Shown here piece after piece: positions 8,307 through 16,932 of a stretch of DNA of 43,571 nucleotides (within the stretch, counting starts at the first letter, position 1; each line of letters begins with the position of its first letter). Made by a program: the position numbers and the translations under genes. The notes under the pieces are model-generated. The model ran no database searches. It was not told where the DNA came from and saw only the letters and a program-made list of their open reading frames with translations. This DNA comes from Verrucomicrobiota bacterium (GTDB lineage Bacteria > Verrucomicrobiota > Verrucomicrobiia > Verrucomicrobiales > Akkermansiaceae), in assembly GCA_039804425.1 (NCBI GenBank), contig JBDLWB010000049.1:1-43571 (forward strand). Direction: 5' to 3'.

Positions 8307-9617
8307 ATGTTGGCGGCGTCTATGGCTGTGTCTGCATTTCAATCGTTGCCGGGATTTCGGGATTTTTTGCCGCGTGATTTTGCGGTTCGTCAGTATTTGC
8401 ATGAGACATGGCGCACTACGGCCCGACGCCATGGTTTTGTCGAGTATGAGACACCTCTTTTGGAAGATACGGGTTTGTATTTGAAAAAATCTGGCGGAGA
8501 GCTCTCGACGCAGTTGTTTCGTTTTCAAGATCAAGGTGGTCGAGATATCACCTTGCGACCTGAAGTGACAGCTTCTCTCGCACGCTTGGCGGCCGATCAC
8601 CAAAGGAATTTTCCTAAACCCTTGAAGTGGTTTGAGATTGGTCAGTGTTTTCGTTATGAAAAACCGCAAAAGGGTCGGGGTCGTGAGTTTTTTCAATTCA
8701 ATGTCGATGTTCTCGGAGAAAGTGCTGCGAGTGCCGATGCCGAATTGCTAGCCGTGGCCATCGATACCATGCGAGCTCTGGGTTTTGAGAAAGACGATTA
8801 CCAAGTTCGGGTGTCGGACCGACAGGCTTGGGCGAATTTTGCGAGTCAGCGAGGATGGGATGCGGAACAATTGGCGCAGTTCTTGCAAATTGTCGATAAA
8901 CTGGAGCGCGAAAAACCTGAGGTTTTGCAAGAGAAACTTGCGACATTGGATTTGTCGCTGGCGGAGGTTCAGGCATTCATTGCCGACCCCACGAACACAT
9001 CGGAATCCTATCGTGCGTTGCTTGATGATTTGCAGGCGCGTGGTTTGGGCGAGTTGATTCGCTGGGATCTATCCATCGTGCGTGGTCTCGCCTATTACAC
9101 GGGTCTCGTTTTTGAAGTATTCGACGCCAAAAACGCCATGCGAGCGGTCGCGGGTGGTGGTCGTTACGACACCTTGATCTCAACGATTTCAGATGGCAAA
9201 GTCGATTTGCCCGCAACGGGCTTTGCGATGGGGGACTATGTCATTCGCAATTTGATTGAAGAAACGCCGCATGCCTTGATGCAGATGGAAGTGTGGTTGC
9301 AGCGCAATCAAGCGGGCTGCGATGTGTATGTCGTGGTGGATCGCGAAGAGCGAAGGGCTGATGCTTTGCGGGTGATCACAGAGTTGAGAGCGGCAGGTGC
9401 ATCGGTTGATTACGCACTGACTCCTACCAAATTTGGCAAACAATTGCAGCGAGCAGAGCAATCGGGCGCTCGTTTGGCTTTGATTGTGGGAGAAGACCCA
9501 TCGCGTTACACAGGCAAAATTCTCTCCAGTCGGAGTGAAACATTTTTCCCTGCTGACAGCATTGCTTCATCGGTCCTGCAATTTTTGCAGGGACCTGATG
9601 GTCCATTGTTGGCGTAA
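8307..9617 (+). CDS. hisS: Histidine--tRNA ligase
   Basis: Class II aaRS HisRS motifs: GFRDFLP, LFRFQDQGGRDITLRPEVT, KWFEIGQCFRYEKPQKGRGREFFQFN, GLAYYTGLVFEV, AGGGRYD. The ATG at 8307 is preceded by the purine-rich aaggaaagggg. The GTG at 8250 used in the track is probably too far upstream. Confidence 0.95.
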   Translation: MLAASMAVSAFQSLPGFRDFLPRDFAVRQYLHETWRTTARRHGFVEYETPLLEDTGLYLKKSGGELSTQLFRFQDQGGRDITLRPEVTASLARLAADHQRNFPKPLKWFEIGQCFRYEKPQKGRGREFFQFNVDVLGESAASADAELLAVAIDTMRALGFEKDDYQVRVSDRQAWANFASQRGWDAEQLAQFLQIVDKLEREKPEVLQEKLATLDLSLAEVQAFIADPTNTSESYRALLDDLQARGLGELIRWDLSIVRGLAYYTGLVFEVFDAKNAMRAVAGGGRYDTLISTISDGKVDLPATGFAMGDYVIRNLIEETPHALMQMEVWLQRNQAGCDVYVVVDREERRADALRVITELRAAGASVDYALTPTKFGKQLQRAEQSGARLALIVGEDPSRYTGKILSSRSETFFPADSIASSVLQFLQGPDGPLLA

Positions 9618-9640
9618 AAAAGTTCGGATCAAATGGAGCG

Positions 9641-10441
9641 TCAGGGCGCATCGGACATGCGCGGTTGTGGCAGGGTCGGCACAGTCCGGCGATTTGCGGA
9701 ATGGGGTTCTGCTGTCGGACTTTGTTTTTTTTGCAAAGAGCGTTGCAAGGCGTCGAGCCGATCATGCCATGCAAGTGGAATCACACTCTTGGCGCTGCTG
9801 GTGTAAGGTCCGTCGAAAATGGTGACGCCTTCTGTGTCAATGATGGACAACCAAATCCCATCATCGCGTTTCTCCATCTCGAGCACGGCTTGGGCGTCTT
9901 CTAAGCGCGCGATGCGAGAGTTGTCTGGAAGACTTTTTTGGAGCGCCATGGGGGCATCGGCCGCGATCGTGCGTGGCTGCGGCATGGGAGATGAAAGTGC
10001 TGCACGGGGCGATATGGGAGAGGAGCCGAGAGTGATCTCGAAGGTGTGTTCTTTTCCTGCGCGGTAGACCGTGACGTTGATGCGATCTCCGACTTGTTGG
10101 AGGTTGAGCAATGTGGCAAGTTGGGCTTCATTGATGAGCCACTGGTCGTTCCATTTCCAGAGTACATCAAGCGAGCGAATGCCTGCCTGATCGGCTGGGC
10201 CTTGGGGGGTGATGTGGTTGATGACAAAGCCGACGCCTTGGGGCAGCTTCGGCAACTGAGCGCGAACGGTCGCATCGGCGCGAGTTACTTCCAACCCCAG
10301 CCATGGCGAACTTTTGTTCGAGGAGCTGAGGGGAACCGTCGGGCTTGATGGGCTTGCGGGCTCGCTAGCTTGAGCGATGGAGGCAAAGCCCATGCCGATG
10401 AAAAAGATCAGCCGCAGATGAGATGGGGCGAATGCTTTCAT
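9641..10441 (-). CDS. Secreted PDZ-domain protein without a protease domain
   Basis: Signal peptide MKAFAPSHLRLIFFIGMGFASIAQA (ATG at 10441). PDZ core LGLEVTRADATVRAQLPKLPQGVGFVINHITPQGPADQAGIRSLDVLWKWNDQWL...GDRINVTVYRAGKEHTF. The rest is a roughly 70-aa unknown domain plus a Pro/Ser-rich tail. No trypsin-like His/Asp/Ser module. Confidence 0.75.
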   Translation of the reverse strand: MKAFAPSHLRLIFFIGMGFASIAQASEPASPSSPTVPLSSSNKSSPWLGLEVTRADATVRAQLPKLPQGVGFVINHITPQGPADQAGIRSLDVLWKWNDQWLINEAQLATLLNLQQVGDRINVTVYRAGKEHTFEITLGSSPISPRAALSSPMPQPRTIAADAPMALQKSLPDNSRIARLEDAQAVLEMEKRDDGIWLSIIDTEGVTIFDGPYTSSAKSVIPLAWHDRLDALQRSLQKKQSPTAEPHSANRRTVPTLPQPRMSDAP

Positions 10442-10448
10442 GATCGAA

Positions 10449-10955
10449 TCAAAAGTCGTTTTGAGGCAAGTAGACCTTTTCATGGTGCGTCTCAGAGATG
10501 GTGATCAGATAGCCCTTTTGGGCATCACGGTAGCGCTCATGAGAATGAACACTGCGCTTGACTTGCTGGATCATGAAGCCATCGGTATTGGCGATGGTTT
10601 TCTCGACCGTGGGAGCATCCGTCACCAGCAAGCGGTCGACTAGCATGGGGGGAGCGGGGGGGATTTGCTTTGAGGAGTCGATGAGAGAAGCTTGGGGCGC
10701 GATGGCGATAGCAGGCGGAGAGTGAGTCGGAAAAAGCTTGGACCAGACGATGCTGCCTGTGCTGAGCAAAACGACGGCTGCGGCCGACCATGAAAGAACA
10801 GAGCTTCGGTTCAGAGGCGGGCGGGACGCCGAAGATGTGATCGACTTTGCGGCAAGATCGGAAAGCATGGACGAGACATTCGACTTCGCACGATGGCTGA
10901 GATCCGTCGGTGCAAGGCGACGGAGGGCTGCTTCAATGGCTTCAGGCGATTTCAT
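10449..10955 (-). CDS. Single-pass membrane protein, putative anti-sigma factor
   Basis: Its start overlaps the ECF sigma stop by 14 nt, and a strong SD (aaggagga) precedes the ATG at 10955. One TM helix (VLSWSAAAVVLLSTGSIVW). No zf-HC2 or FecR signature, so the role is inferred from position only. Confidence 0.45.
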   Translation of the reverse strand: MKSPEAIEAALRRLAPTDLSHRAKSNVSSMLSDLAAKSITSSASRPPLNRSSVLSWSAAAVVLLSTGSIVWSKLFPTHSPPAIAIAPQASLIDSSKQIPPAPPMLVDRLLVTDAPTVEKTIANTDGFMIQQVKRSVHSHERYRDAQKGYLITISETHHEKVYLPQNDF

Positions 10956-11472
10956 GGCGATCCTCCTTGATTCGTTGAAGTTCTTGGGCGAGTTGAGTCA
11001 GTGCATAGCGATAGCGAGATGCGCAGGTGTTCGCGGGGATGGCAAGTGCGATCGCGATTTCTTGGAATGTGAGATTGCCCCAAATTTTCATGGTAATCAC
11101 ATCGCGCAGCTTGGGTGTGAGTCGCTGAACGGCATCACGCAGCAGCGCTGCTTCTTCGTCCTCTTCGAGAGTGGGGTCCAACCAGACATCTTCAAAGTCA
11201 TTGAGGTAAATGATGGCTTCCTCACGTTTGCGTCGTCGAGAATCTGTGCGCTTTTGATTGAGCCCACAGAAGCGGATCGTAGAAAAAGCCAGGGGTAGAT
11301 CGGGCGGTTGACCGCCGCGGTCGGCTTGATAATGCCAGAGTCTCAGCATGGTTTCTTGGACTAAATCCTCGGCGCAATCCTTCGATACGCTCCAGCCACG
11401 GGCAAATAGCAAGAGCCTTGGTCCGTTTTCATCGAACCAACGTTGCCATTGTTCTGCCTGCGATTGTGCCAT
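10942..11472 (-). CDS. ECF-type RNA polymerase sigma-70 family factor
   Basis: Region 2 (WFDENGPRLLLFARGW..DCAEDLVQETMLRLW) and region 4 HTH (LTPKLRDVITMKIWGNLTFQEIAIALAIPANTCASRYRYAL). Start chosen at MAQSQAEQW (11472). The track ORF extends to 11562. Confidence 0.85.
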   Translation of the reverse strand: MAQSQAEQWQRWFDENGPRLLLFARGWSVSKDCAEDLVQETMLRLWHYQADRGGQPPDLPLAFSTIRFCGLNQKRTDSRRRKREEAIIYLNDFEDVWLDPTLEEDEEAALLRDAVQRLTPKLRDVITMKIWGNLTFQEIAIALAIPANTCASRYRYALTQLAQELQRIKEDRHEIA

Positions 11473-11611
11473 CAAGAGAGTAAATGCCACACGACACAAC
11501 ATTTGTCGCGAAAAATGCAATATTTTCCGTTTTTTGGAGAAAATCATCCGACAAGGGTTCATGGCTCATTTGCGACTTGGCAATCAACAAACTCGGCGCA
11601 AAGTAGGGCGC

Positions 11612-12493
11612 ATGAACCGACGATCATTTCTTTGGCAGACTGCTGCCGCAACGAGCTGGATTTGGGCAGGGCAAGCAGCAGCGGCGGAAGAGGCGATGGC
11701 AAAATATCGCAAAAACATCGGCTTGCAGCTTTACACTCTGCGCAATCCCCTCGGTCAAGATCTTACGGCAACCATGAAGGCCGTCGCTGAGGCGGGCTAT
11801 GGACAAGTGGAGCTCTATGGATTTCCGGACAGTGAATTGATGATGAAGGCGGCCCGGGATGTGGGGTTGATGGTGCAGTCGACCCATTTTGCTTGGGACT
11901 CGGTAGTGAGTCCGAGCGATGCGAGTTATTCGGATTTTGCCAAAATATTGGATCAAGCGCATGAACGCGGACTGAAGCATTTGGTGGTGCCATACTTGCA
12001 CGATGGGCAGCGCAAGAACCTCAGTGACTATCAAAAAGTGGCAGCCCATTTGAGTGCCGCGGCCGCGATGTCGGCCAAGGCGGGCATTCGGTTGGCCTAT
12101 CACAATCACAACTTTGAGTTCGCGCCGATGGAGAATGGCCGCACCGGATATGATGTGCTAATGCAGGAGTGCAGTGAGCAAGTTTGTTTCGAGCTCGATG
12201 TATTTTGGGTGGCAGCTGCGGGCTTAGATCCTGTGGCATTGATGAAAAAACTTCAAGGACGCGTGACGCAGTTGCATCTCAAAGACTTGAAAAAAGGCAT
12301 CGCAGTGCCGACCTACAACTCTCAAGTGCCTGCAGATGCTTTTCAAGAATTAGGAGATGGCATCATTGCGATGAAGCCTTTGATTGAAGCTGCTGCAGTT
12401 GTTGGTGTGGAGCATTGCCACATCGAACAAGACCAGTCTCCGGATCCTTTGGCGAGCGTTCGTCAGAGCATCCGCTATTGGCAATCCATCTAA
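11612..12493 (+). CDS. TAT-signal sugar phosphate isomerase/epimerase (xylose isomerase-like TIM barrel)
   Basis: ATG at 11612 gives MNRRSFLWQTAAATSWIWAGQAAAA, a twin-arginine-type signal. AP_endonuc_2-like body (GYGQVELYGF..., LAYHNHNFEF, HLKD, HCHIEQD). The upstream part of the tracked ORF is antisense to the sigma gene. Confidence 0.8.
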   Translation: MNRRSFLWQTAAATSWIWAGQAAAAEEAMAKYRKNIGLQLYTLRNPLGQDLTATMKAVAEAGYGQVELYGFPDSELMMKAARDVGLMVQSTHFAWDSVVSPSDASYSDFAKILDQAHERGLKHLVVPYLHDGQRKNLSDYQKVAAHLSAAAAMSAKAGIRLAYHNHNFEFAPMENGRTGYDVLMQECSEQVCFELDVFWVAAAGLDPVALMKKLQGRVTQLHLKDLKKGIAVPTYNSQVPADAFQELGDGIIAMKPLIEAAAVVGVEHCHIEQDQSPDPLASVRQSIRYWQSI

Positions 12494-12499
12494 GAGAAA

Positions 12500-13399
12500 T
12501 CAGGGGGATTTGGTTTGCTCAATCGCAGCCTTGATGAGCGCTTCGGCATTTTCCTCGCGAGGCAATCGATGGCGCATGACGGGTGAAAAGAGTGACTTCA
12601 CATGATCGGGGTGCACTTCCGATTGTTGATGAAGAAATGCCATCGCTCGCGCCGCCTGCATGAGGTGAAGCATTGCGCGAATCGAGATGCAAGATTCCCA
12701 ACCAGAAAGTCGGCGTAAGGAATCACAGAGCTGAGTAAGATAGTCAGCGAGATCCTGATGCAGAAAGATTTGATCCACCTTCGATTGTAGATCGAGCAAC
12801 TCCGTAGTGCTGATCAATGGTGTCCAAGCATCGGGTTGACTGTTTTTTTGGGCATGATGCAGGAGAATCGAACTCTGCAACGCGGTGTCAGGTAAGTCCA
12901 TGCGCAGTGACAGGCAAAAGCGATCGAGCTGTGGCTCGGGCAGAGGAAAAGTGCCACTGCTGTGCAAGTCATTTTGCGTCGCGATGACCTGAAAGGGTGA
13001 GGGTAAAATGTGCGTGATGCCATCAAGCGTAACTTGTTGTTCGCTCATGCATTCGAGTAGTGCCGATTGCACGCGCGGAGACGTGCGATTGATTTCATCC
13101 GCTAACAAAAAATGGGTAAAAACAGGTCCTGGGATGAATTGAAAATCGCCCTGTTGCATGCGGTAGAGTGAATAGCCTAACAAATCAGCAGGCAGCAGAT
13201 CAGGGGTAAACTGCACGCGTTTGAAAGAACTGCCAATCGACTGAGCCAAAGTAGCAGCAAGTGTGGTTTTGCCAATGCCCGGCGGTCCCTCTAGCAGCAC
13301 GTGGCCGCGCGCGAGAAGAGCAACGAGCAGCAGTTCGGCGACTTCATCGTTACCAAAAATTGTTTTTTCTAAGCGCTGGCGGAGGGCGGGAAGTGACAT
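12500..13399 (-). CDS. MoxR-family AAA+ ATPase
   Basis: Walker A GPPGIGKTTLA, Walker B LLADEINR, and the typical MoxR blocks VQFTPDLLPADLLG and QVIATQN..E..GTFPLPEPQLDRF. Confidence 0.9.
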   Translation of the reverse strand: MSLPALRQRLEKTIFGNDEVAELLLVALLARGHVLLEGPPGIGKTTLAATLAQSIGSSFKRVQFTPDLLPADLLGYSLYRMQQGDFQFIPGPVFTHFLLADEINRTSPRVQSALLECMSEQQVTLDGITHILPSPFQVIATQNDLHSSGTFPLPEPQLDRFCLSLRMDLPDTALQSSILLHHAQKNSQPDAWTPLISTTELLDLQSKVDQIFLHQDLADYLTQLCDSLRRLSGWESCISIRAMLHLMQAARAMAFLHQQSEVHPDHVKSLFSPVMRHRLPREENAEALIKAAIEQTKSP

Positions 13400-13402
13400 G
13401 TT

Positions 13403-14167
13403 TTAGTGAAGAATGAGTCGTACTGGGCAGTGATCCGAACCGTGCACATGAGCGAGAATGTCTGCTTCCGCAATCTGGTATTTCAGTGGCGCTGAGGTGA
13501 GGAAATAATCCAAGCGCCAACCGACATTGCGTTCGCGAGCACCGCCGCGGTATGACCACCACGAATAGGCGTCGCGTTGATCCGGATAAAGGTGGCGGAA
13601 AGAATCGACAAATCCGGCTTCTAACATCTTCGAAAAACCCGCGCGTTCTTCATCACTGAATCCGGGATTGCGACGGTTTTCCTTGGGACGTGCGAGGTCG
13701 ATTTCTTGATGCGAGACATTGAGGTCGCCGCAGAAAATCACGGGCTTGTTTTTTTCTGCTTCGAGATTTTTCACGTAAGCCAAAAAATCAGCATCCCATT
13801 GTTGGCGATAATCGAGTCGCCGCAATTCATCTTGAGAATTGGGCGTATAGACGGTAACGAGTGAAAAATCGGCAAACTCCGCGGTGATGACTCGTCCCTC
13901 GCGATCGTGGTGTTCATGACGAATGCCGTATTGCACGTCAAGAGGTGCCACGCGGGAAAAAATCGCGGTGCCTGAGTAGCCGGGTTTTTCTGCAGAATTC
14001 CAGTAGCTGTGATAACCTGCCATTTCCAAAGGCAACTGCACTTGCTCGGGGCGAGCTTTCGTCTCCTGCAAGCAAAGTACATCCGGTTGCTCGGCAGCAA
14101 CAAAGTCGGCAAAACCTTTGTTGATCGTGGCACGGATGCCATTGACATTCCAGGATATGAGTCGCAT
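13403..14167 (-). CDS. xth: Exodeoxyribonuclease III
   Basis: [13 protein letters not shown]...DVLCLQETK...[10 protein letters not shown]...VYTPN...GDLNVSH.EIDL...WWSYR...N.GWRLDY...HGSDHCPV. This is a full ExoIII/APE1 signature. Confidence 0.95.
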   Translation of the reverse strand: MRLISWNVNGIRATINKGFADFVAAEQPDVLCLQETKARPEQVQLPLEMAGYHSYWNSAEKPGYSGTAIFSRVAPLDVQYGIRHEHHDREGRVITAEFADFSLVTVYTPNSQDELRRLDYRQQWDADFLAYVKNLEAEKNKPVIFCGDLNVSHQEIDLARPKENRRNPGFSDEERAGFSKMLEAGFVDSFRHLYPDQRDAYSWWSYRGGARERNVGWRLDYFLTSAPLKYQIAEADILAHVHGSDHCPVRLILH

Positions 14168-14172
14168 GGGAA

Positions 14173-14628
14173 TTAGCTCAAACGTTTCATCACTGCTTGT
14201 GAAAGCGTGCGGCCATCGGCACGACCGTCGACCAACTCTTGTAGCGCTTTCATGACCTTGCCCATGTCTGCCTTGCTCGTTGCACCGGTCTCGGCGATGG
14301 CTTTTTCTAACAGATCAGCAACTTCTTGTTCTGAGAGAGCGGCGGGTAAAAATTTTTGCAACAGGGCGAGTTCGAGTTTCTCATTGTCGGCGAGCTCGGC
14401 GCGTCCGGCTTTTTCAAATTGTTCGATCGAGTCTTGGCGTTGTTTGATTTGCTTGCGGACGATGGCGAGGCATTCGGCGTCGTCGAGGGCGGTGCCGAGG
14501 CCACCTTTTTCAATGGCCGCATTGGTCAAAGCGCTTTTGAGGGCTCGTAAGGTATTGAGTGCCACGCTGTCCTTGGCGCGCATGGCGTTTTTGATGTCTT
14601 CTGAAAGGTTTTCGACAAATGTTCCCAT
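14173..14628 (-). CDS. GatB/YqeY domain-containing protein
   Basis: Start at [20 protein letters not shown] (14628). Motifs [51 protein letters not shown] and MGKVMKAL are characteristic of YqeY. Confidence 0.85.
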   Translation of the reverse strand: MGTFVENLSEDIKNAMRAKDSVALNTLRALKSALTNAAIEKGGLGTALDDAECLAIVRKQIKQRQDSIEQFEKAGRAELADNEKLELALLQKFLPAALSEQEVADLLEKAIAETGATSKADMGKVMKALQELVDGRADGRTLSQAVMKRLS

Positions 14629-14750
14629 GGCCGAAAGATGGACGAGAAACTCTGAGCGGACAAGGACGAACTTTTCGGACTGCGATGGTTTTTGCATTGG
14701 ATTTTTTTGTCCGCCGCGTGCATGCTGGCCGAGTGAACATTGAAGACGAA

Positions 14751-15530
14751 ATGAAGGAAGAAGACTACACGAGGATCGAGTCGTGCTTTGTCAGGCATCG
14801 TAATGCACTGATGATCCGCGCCTCGTTTACGGGTTTGTTCACAGATTACTACATTCATTTGATGGATCACCAAATCCGTCATCATCCCGAGCTCGATCTG
14901 ATGCTCAAGGAGCATTTGGCAATGCTCAGTCTCTATCTGACCACTCGTCCATGGGCTGAAACCACAGGATGGACGGTGAATCTGCGCGCTCCACGGGTCA
15001 ATCTTTTCGCCACAGGCGGATGCACTCAGGAAGCGATTGTAGGACGACTTTTCACCGAGGATGTGCGTGAACCAGATCGCAATTATTTTTATTCGCAAAC
15101 CACTGATCCGTATCAAAAAGAGCCGCGACTTTCGACGATGGAAATGGATTCGCGCCAGCCATTGGAATGGTTTGAAGCATTTTATCATCAATCTGAGCAG
15201 CGACCCGGTCGAGCTTTTCACATGGGCGACGACGATTACACCGTGGTTGTGGCGCAGCCTGATTGTGATTTGGACTGGCTAGCTAGTTTGAATGTCGACG
15301 CAGTTCGTAACATCGAACAGAACGAAGAAGTGAAATTGTTAGAAGTGAGGCGCCTGCGATTTTTTTGTGGCTGTGATTTGAAAAAAATCTTGCCGCTGTT
15401 GTCATCATGGAAAAATCGTTTGGATGTGCTATTTGAAGGCGAAGAAAGGATTAAGGTTCAGTGCCCTCGTTGTGCGGCTGTCTATCCTGTGACGCGAGAG
15501 ATGGTCAGTGATTTTCAGGAAGATGCATAG
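14751..15530 (+). CDS. hslO: Hsp33-family redox-regulated chaperone
   Basis: C-terminal zinc centre CGC-x29-CPRC (RFFCGCDLKKILPLL...IKVQCPRCAAVYPV) and the conserved FYHQSEQRP block (Hsp33 Y-x-x-SEQ). Start chosen at ATG 14751. The tracked ORF begins at 14619. Confidence 0.7.
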   Translation: MKEEDYTRIESCFVRHRNALMIRASFTGLFTDYYIHLMDHQIRHHPELDLMLKEHLAMLSLYLTTRPWAETTGWTVNLRAPRVNLFATGGCTQEAIVGRLFTEDVREPDRNYFYSQTTDPYQKEPRLSTMEMDSRQPLEWFEAFYHQSEQRPGRAFHMGDDDYTVVVAQPDCDLDWLASLNVDAVRNIEQNEEVKLLEVRRLRFFCGCDLKKILPLLSSWKNRLDVLFEGEERIKVQCPRCAAVYPVTREMVSDFQEDA

Positions 15531-16458
15531 TGCGATGGCGGCCATTCGAACATACCACCATCGTGATTTTGATGTCGCTGAGCTTTGCCGAAAAAAGGTC
15601 GACCTGGGCGAGACGGTCAGTGTGGTGATTCCCACCCTTGATGAGCAATCAACCATCGGCGCGATTGTGCACATCATTCGTCAGGAGTTGATGGAACATC
15701 AGCCATTGGTGGATGAGATCATCGTTGTCGATTCAGGATCGCAAGATGACACCGTTGCGCGCGCAAGAACTGCGGGGGCTACAGTGCATCAAGCCGCAGA
15801 AATTCTTCCGAACTTGGGGCAATATCGTGGGAAAGGGGAAAACTTGTGGAAATCGCAATCAGTCACGCGTGGCAGCATTAGCGTTTTTGTTGATGGTGAC
15901 ATTTTGAATTTTCACGCGGGATACATCAGCGGCTTGGTGGGGCCATTGCTTGAGCAATCAGCGCTGCAATACGTCAAAGGCTTTTATCAAAGGCCCTTGT
16001 GCACTCAGCAAGGTGATTTGCAGCAAGAAGGTGGGCGGGTTTCCGAGTTGTTGATGAAGCCCTTTTTTTCCTTGTTTTATCCTGAGCTGCGAGCTCTGCA
16101 TCAACCCCTCGCAGGTGAGTATGCAGTGCGGCGGACCTTACTCGAGAGATTGTCTTTTCCCACGGGTTACGCGGTCGAGGTGGCTCATTTGATTGATGTG
16201 TTCGCTTTGTATGGTTTGGATGTTTTTGCGCAGTGTGATCTTGATTCTCGCCGACATCGCAATCGGCCATTGAGTGAGCTGAGTGATATGTCGTGTTCGT
16301 TGATGCAAGCTTTGTTGTTGCGCGCGGCTCGCGATGGTAAATTGCAATTGTCGGATAAGGTGTGCGAATCGTGGCGAATTGATTCTGCATCGAGCGACGC
16401 CGTAGAGATCGAGCGAGATCCATGGTGTCAAATCAACTCAACATCGATAGCGCCATGA
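15523..16458 (+). CDS. gpgS: Glucosyl-3-phosphoglycerate synthase (GT81 glycosyltransferase)
   Basis: Colinear with mycobacterial GpgS as I recall it: VSVVIPTLDEQSTIG, VVDSGSQDDT, RGKGENLWKS, VFVDGDI, GPLL...YVKGFYQRPL, GGRVSELL, QPLAGEYA, GYAVEV, HRNRPLSELS. It overlaps the hslO stop by 8 nt if the ATG at 15523 is used. Confidence 0.8.
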   Translation: MHSAMAAIRTYHHRDFDVAELCRKKVDLGETVSVVIPTLDEQSTIGAIVHIIRQELMEHQPLVDEIIVVDSGSQDDTVARARTAGATVHQAAEILPNLGQYRGKGENLWKSQSVTRGSISVFVDGDILNFHAGYISGLVGPLLEQSALQYVKGFYQRPLCTQQGDLQQEGGRVSELLMKPFFSLFYPELRALHQPLAGEYAVRRTLLERLSFPTGYAVEVAHLIDVFALYGLDVFAQCDLDSRRHRNRPLSELSDMSCSLMQALLLRAARDGKLQLSDKVCESWRIDSASSDAVEIERDPWCQINSTSIAP

Positions 16459-16892
16459 AGATCCGTCGATTAAGCATCCAGTCAATGCCCGAAATTTTGG
16501 ACTTGTTGTCCTTGATGAACCCCGCGATCGAACGCGAAACGTTGCAGCGTCGATACGAAAAAATTCTTCGCGAATCCAATCATTACCGCATTCTTGGGTG
16601 TGAGTATGACGGTCGACTTGCTGGTCTAACAGGTTTGTGGATTGGGACGAAAATGTGGTGTGGCGATTATGCCGAAATTGACCATTTGATGGTTCATCCA
16701 GACTATCGCAATCGCGGGATTGGCACCGCGTTGATTGTTGCTGCAGAAGACCTGGCCCGCGAACTCGATTGCAACATTATGGTGTTAGATAGCTACACCG
16801 ACAACCATGGGTCGCACCGACTGTACCATCGGCTGGGTTGTGAAATTTGGGGGTTTCATTTCGTCAAACCGTTGAAGCCCTTTCAGCATTAA
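16455..16892 (+). CDS. GNAT-family N-acetyltransferase
   Basis: ATGA overlap with the gpgS stop (16455-16458). Acetyl-CoA binding motif A: LMVHPDYRNRGIGTALIVAAEDLAREL. About 145 aa. Confidence 0.85.
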   Translation: MKIRRLSIQSMPEILDLLSLMNPAIERETLQRRYEKILRESNHYRILGCEYDGRLAGLTGLWIGTKMWCGDYAEIDHLMVHPDYRNRGIGTALIVAAEDLARELDCNIMVLDSYTDNHGSHRLYHRLGCEIWGFHFVKPLKPFQH

Positions 16893-16932
16893 AGGCAGGA
16901 TCACATGGCCTCGAAGTGGATGAGAAGAAAAG

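Noticed and set aside
8109-8696. 195-aa minus-strand ORF spanning the hisS 5' region
   Set aside because: Most of it is antisense to hisS, which is unambiguous. The translation is highly basic and low in information. The part inside the intergenic region is treated as non-coding in the finding on 7810-8306.
14656-14714. 8-bp inverted repeat gcggacaa ... ttgtccgc separated by 43 nt in the yqeY/hslO divergent region
   Set aside because: The arms are perfect, but the long spacer and lack of supporting structure or conservation data make a chance occurrence plausible. It is not reported as a feature.
14207-14743. 178-aa + strand ORF opposite the GatB/YqeY gene
   Set aside because: It is antisense to a CDS with clear YqeY motifs. 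The translation is Ser/Ala/Arg-rich and low in complexity.
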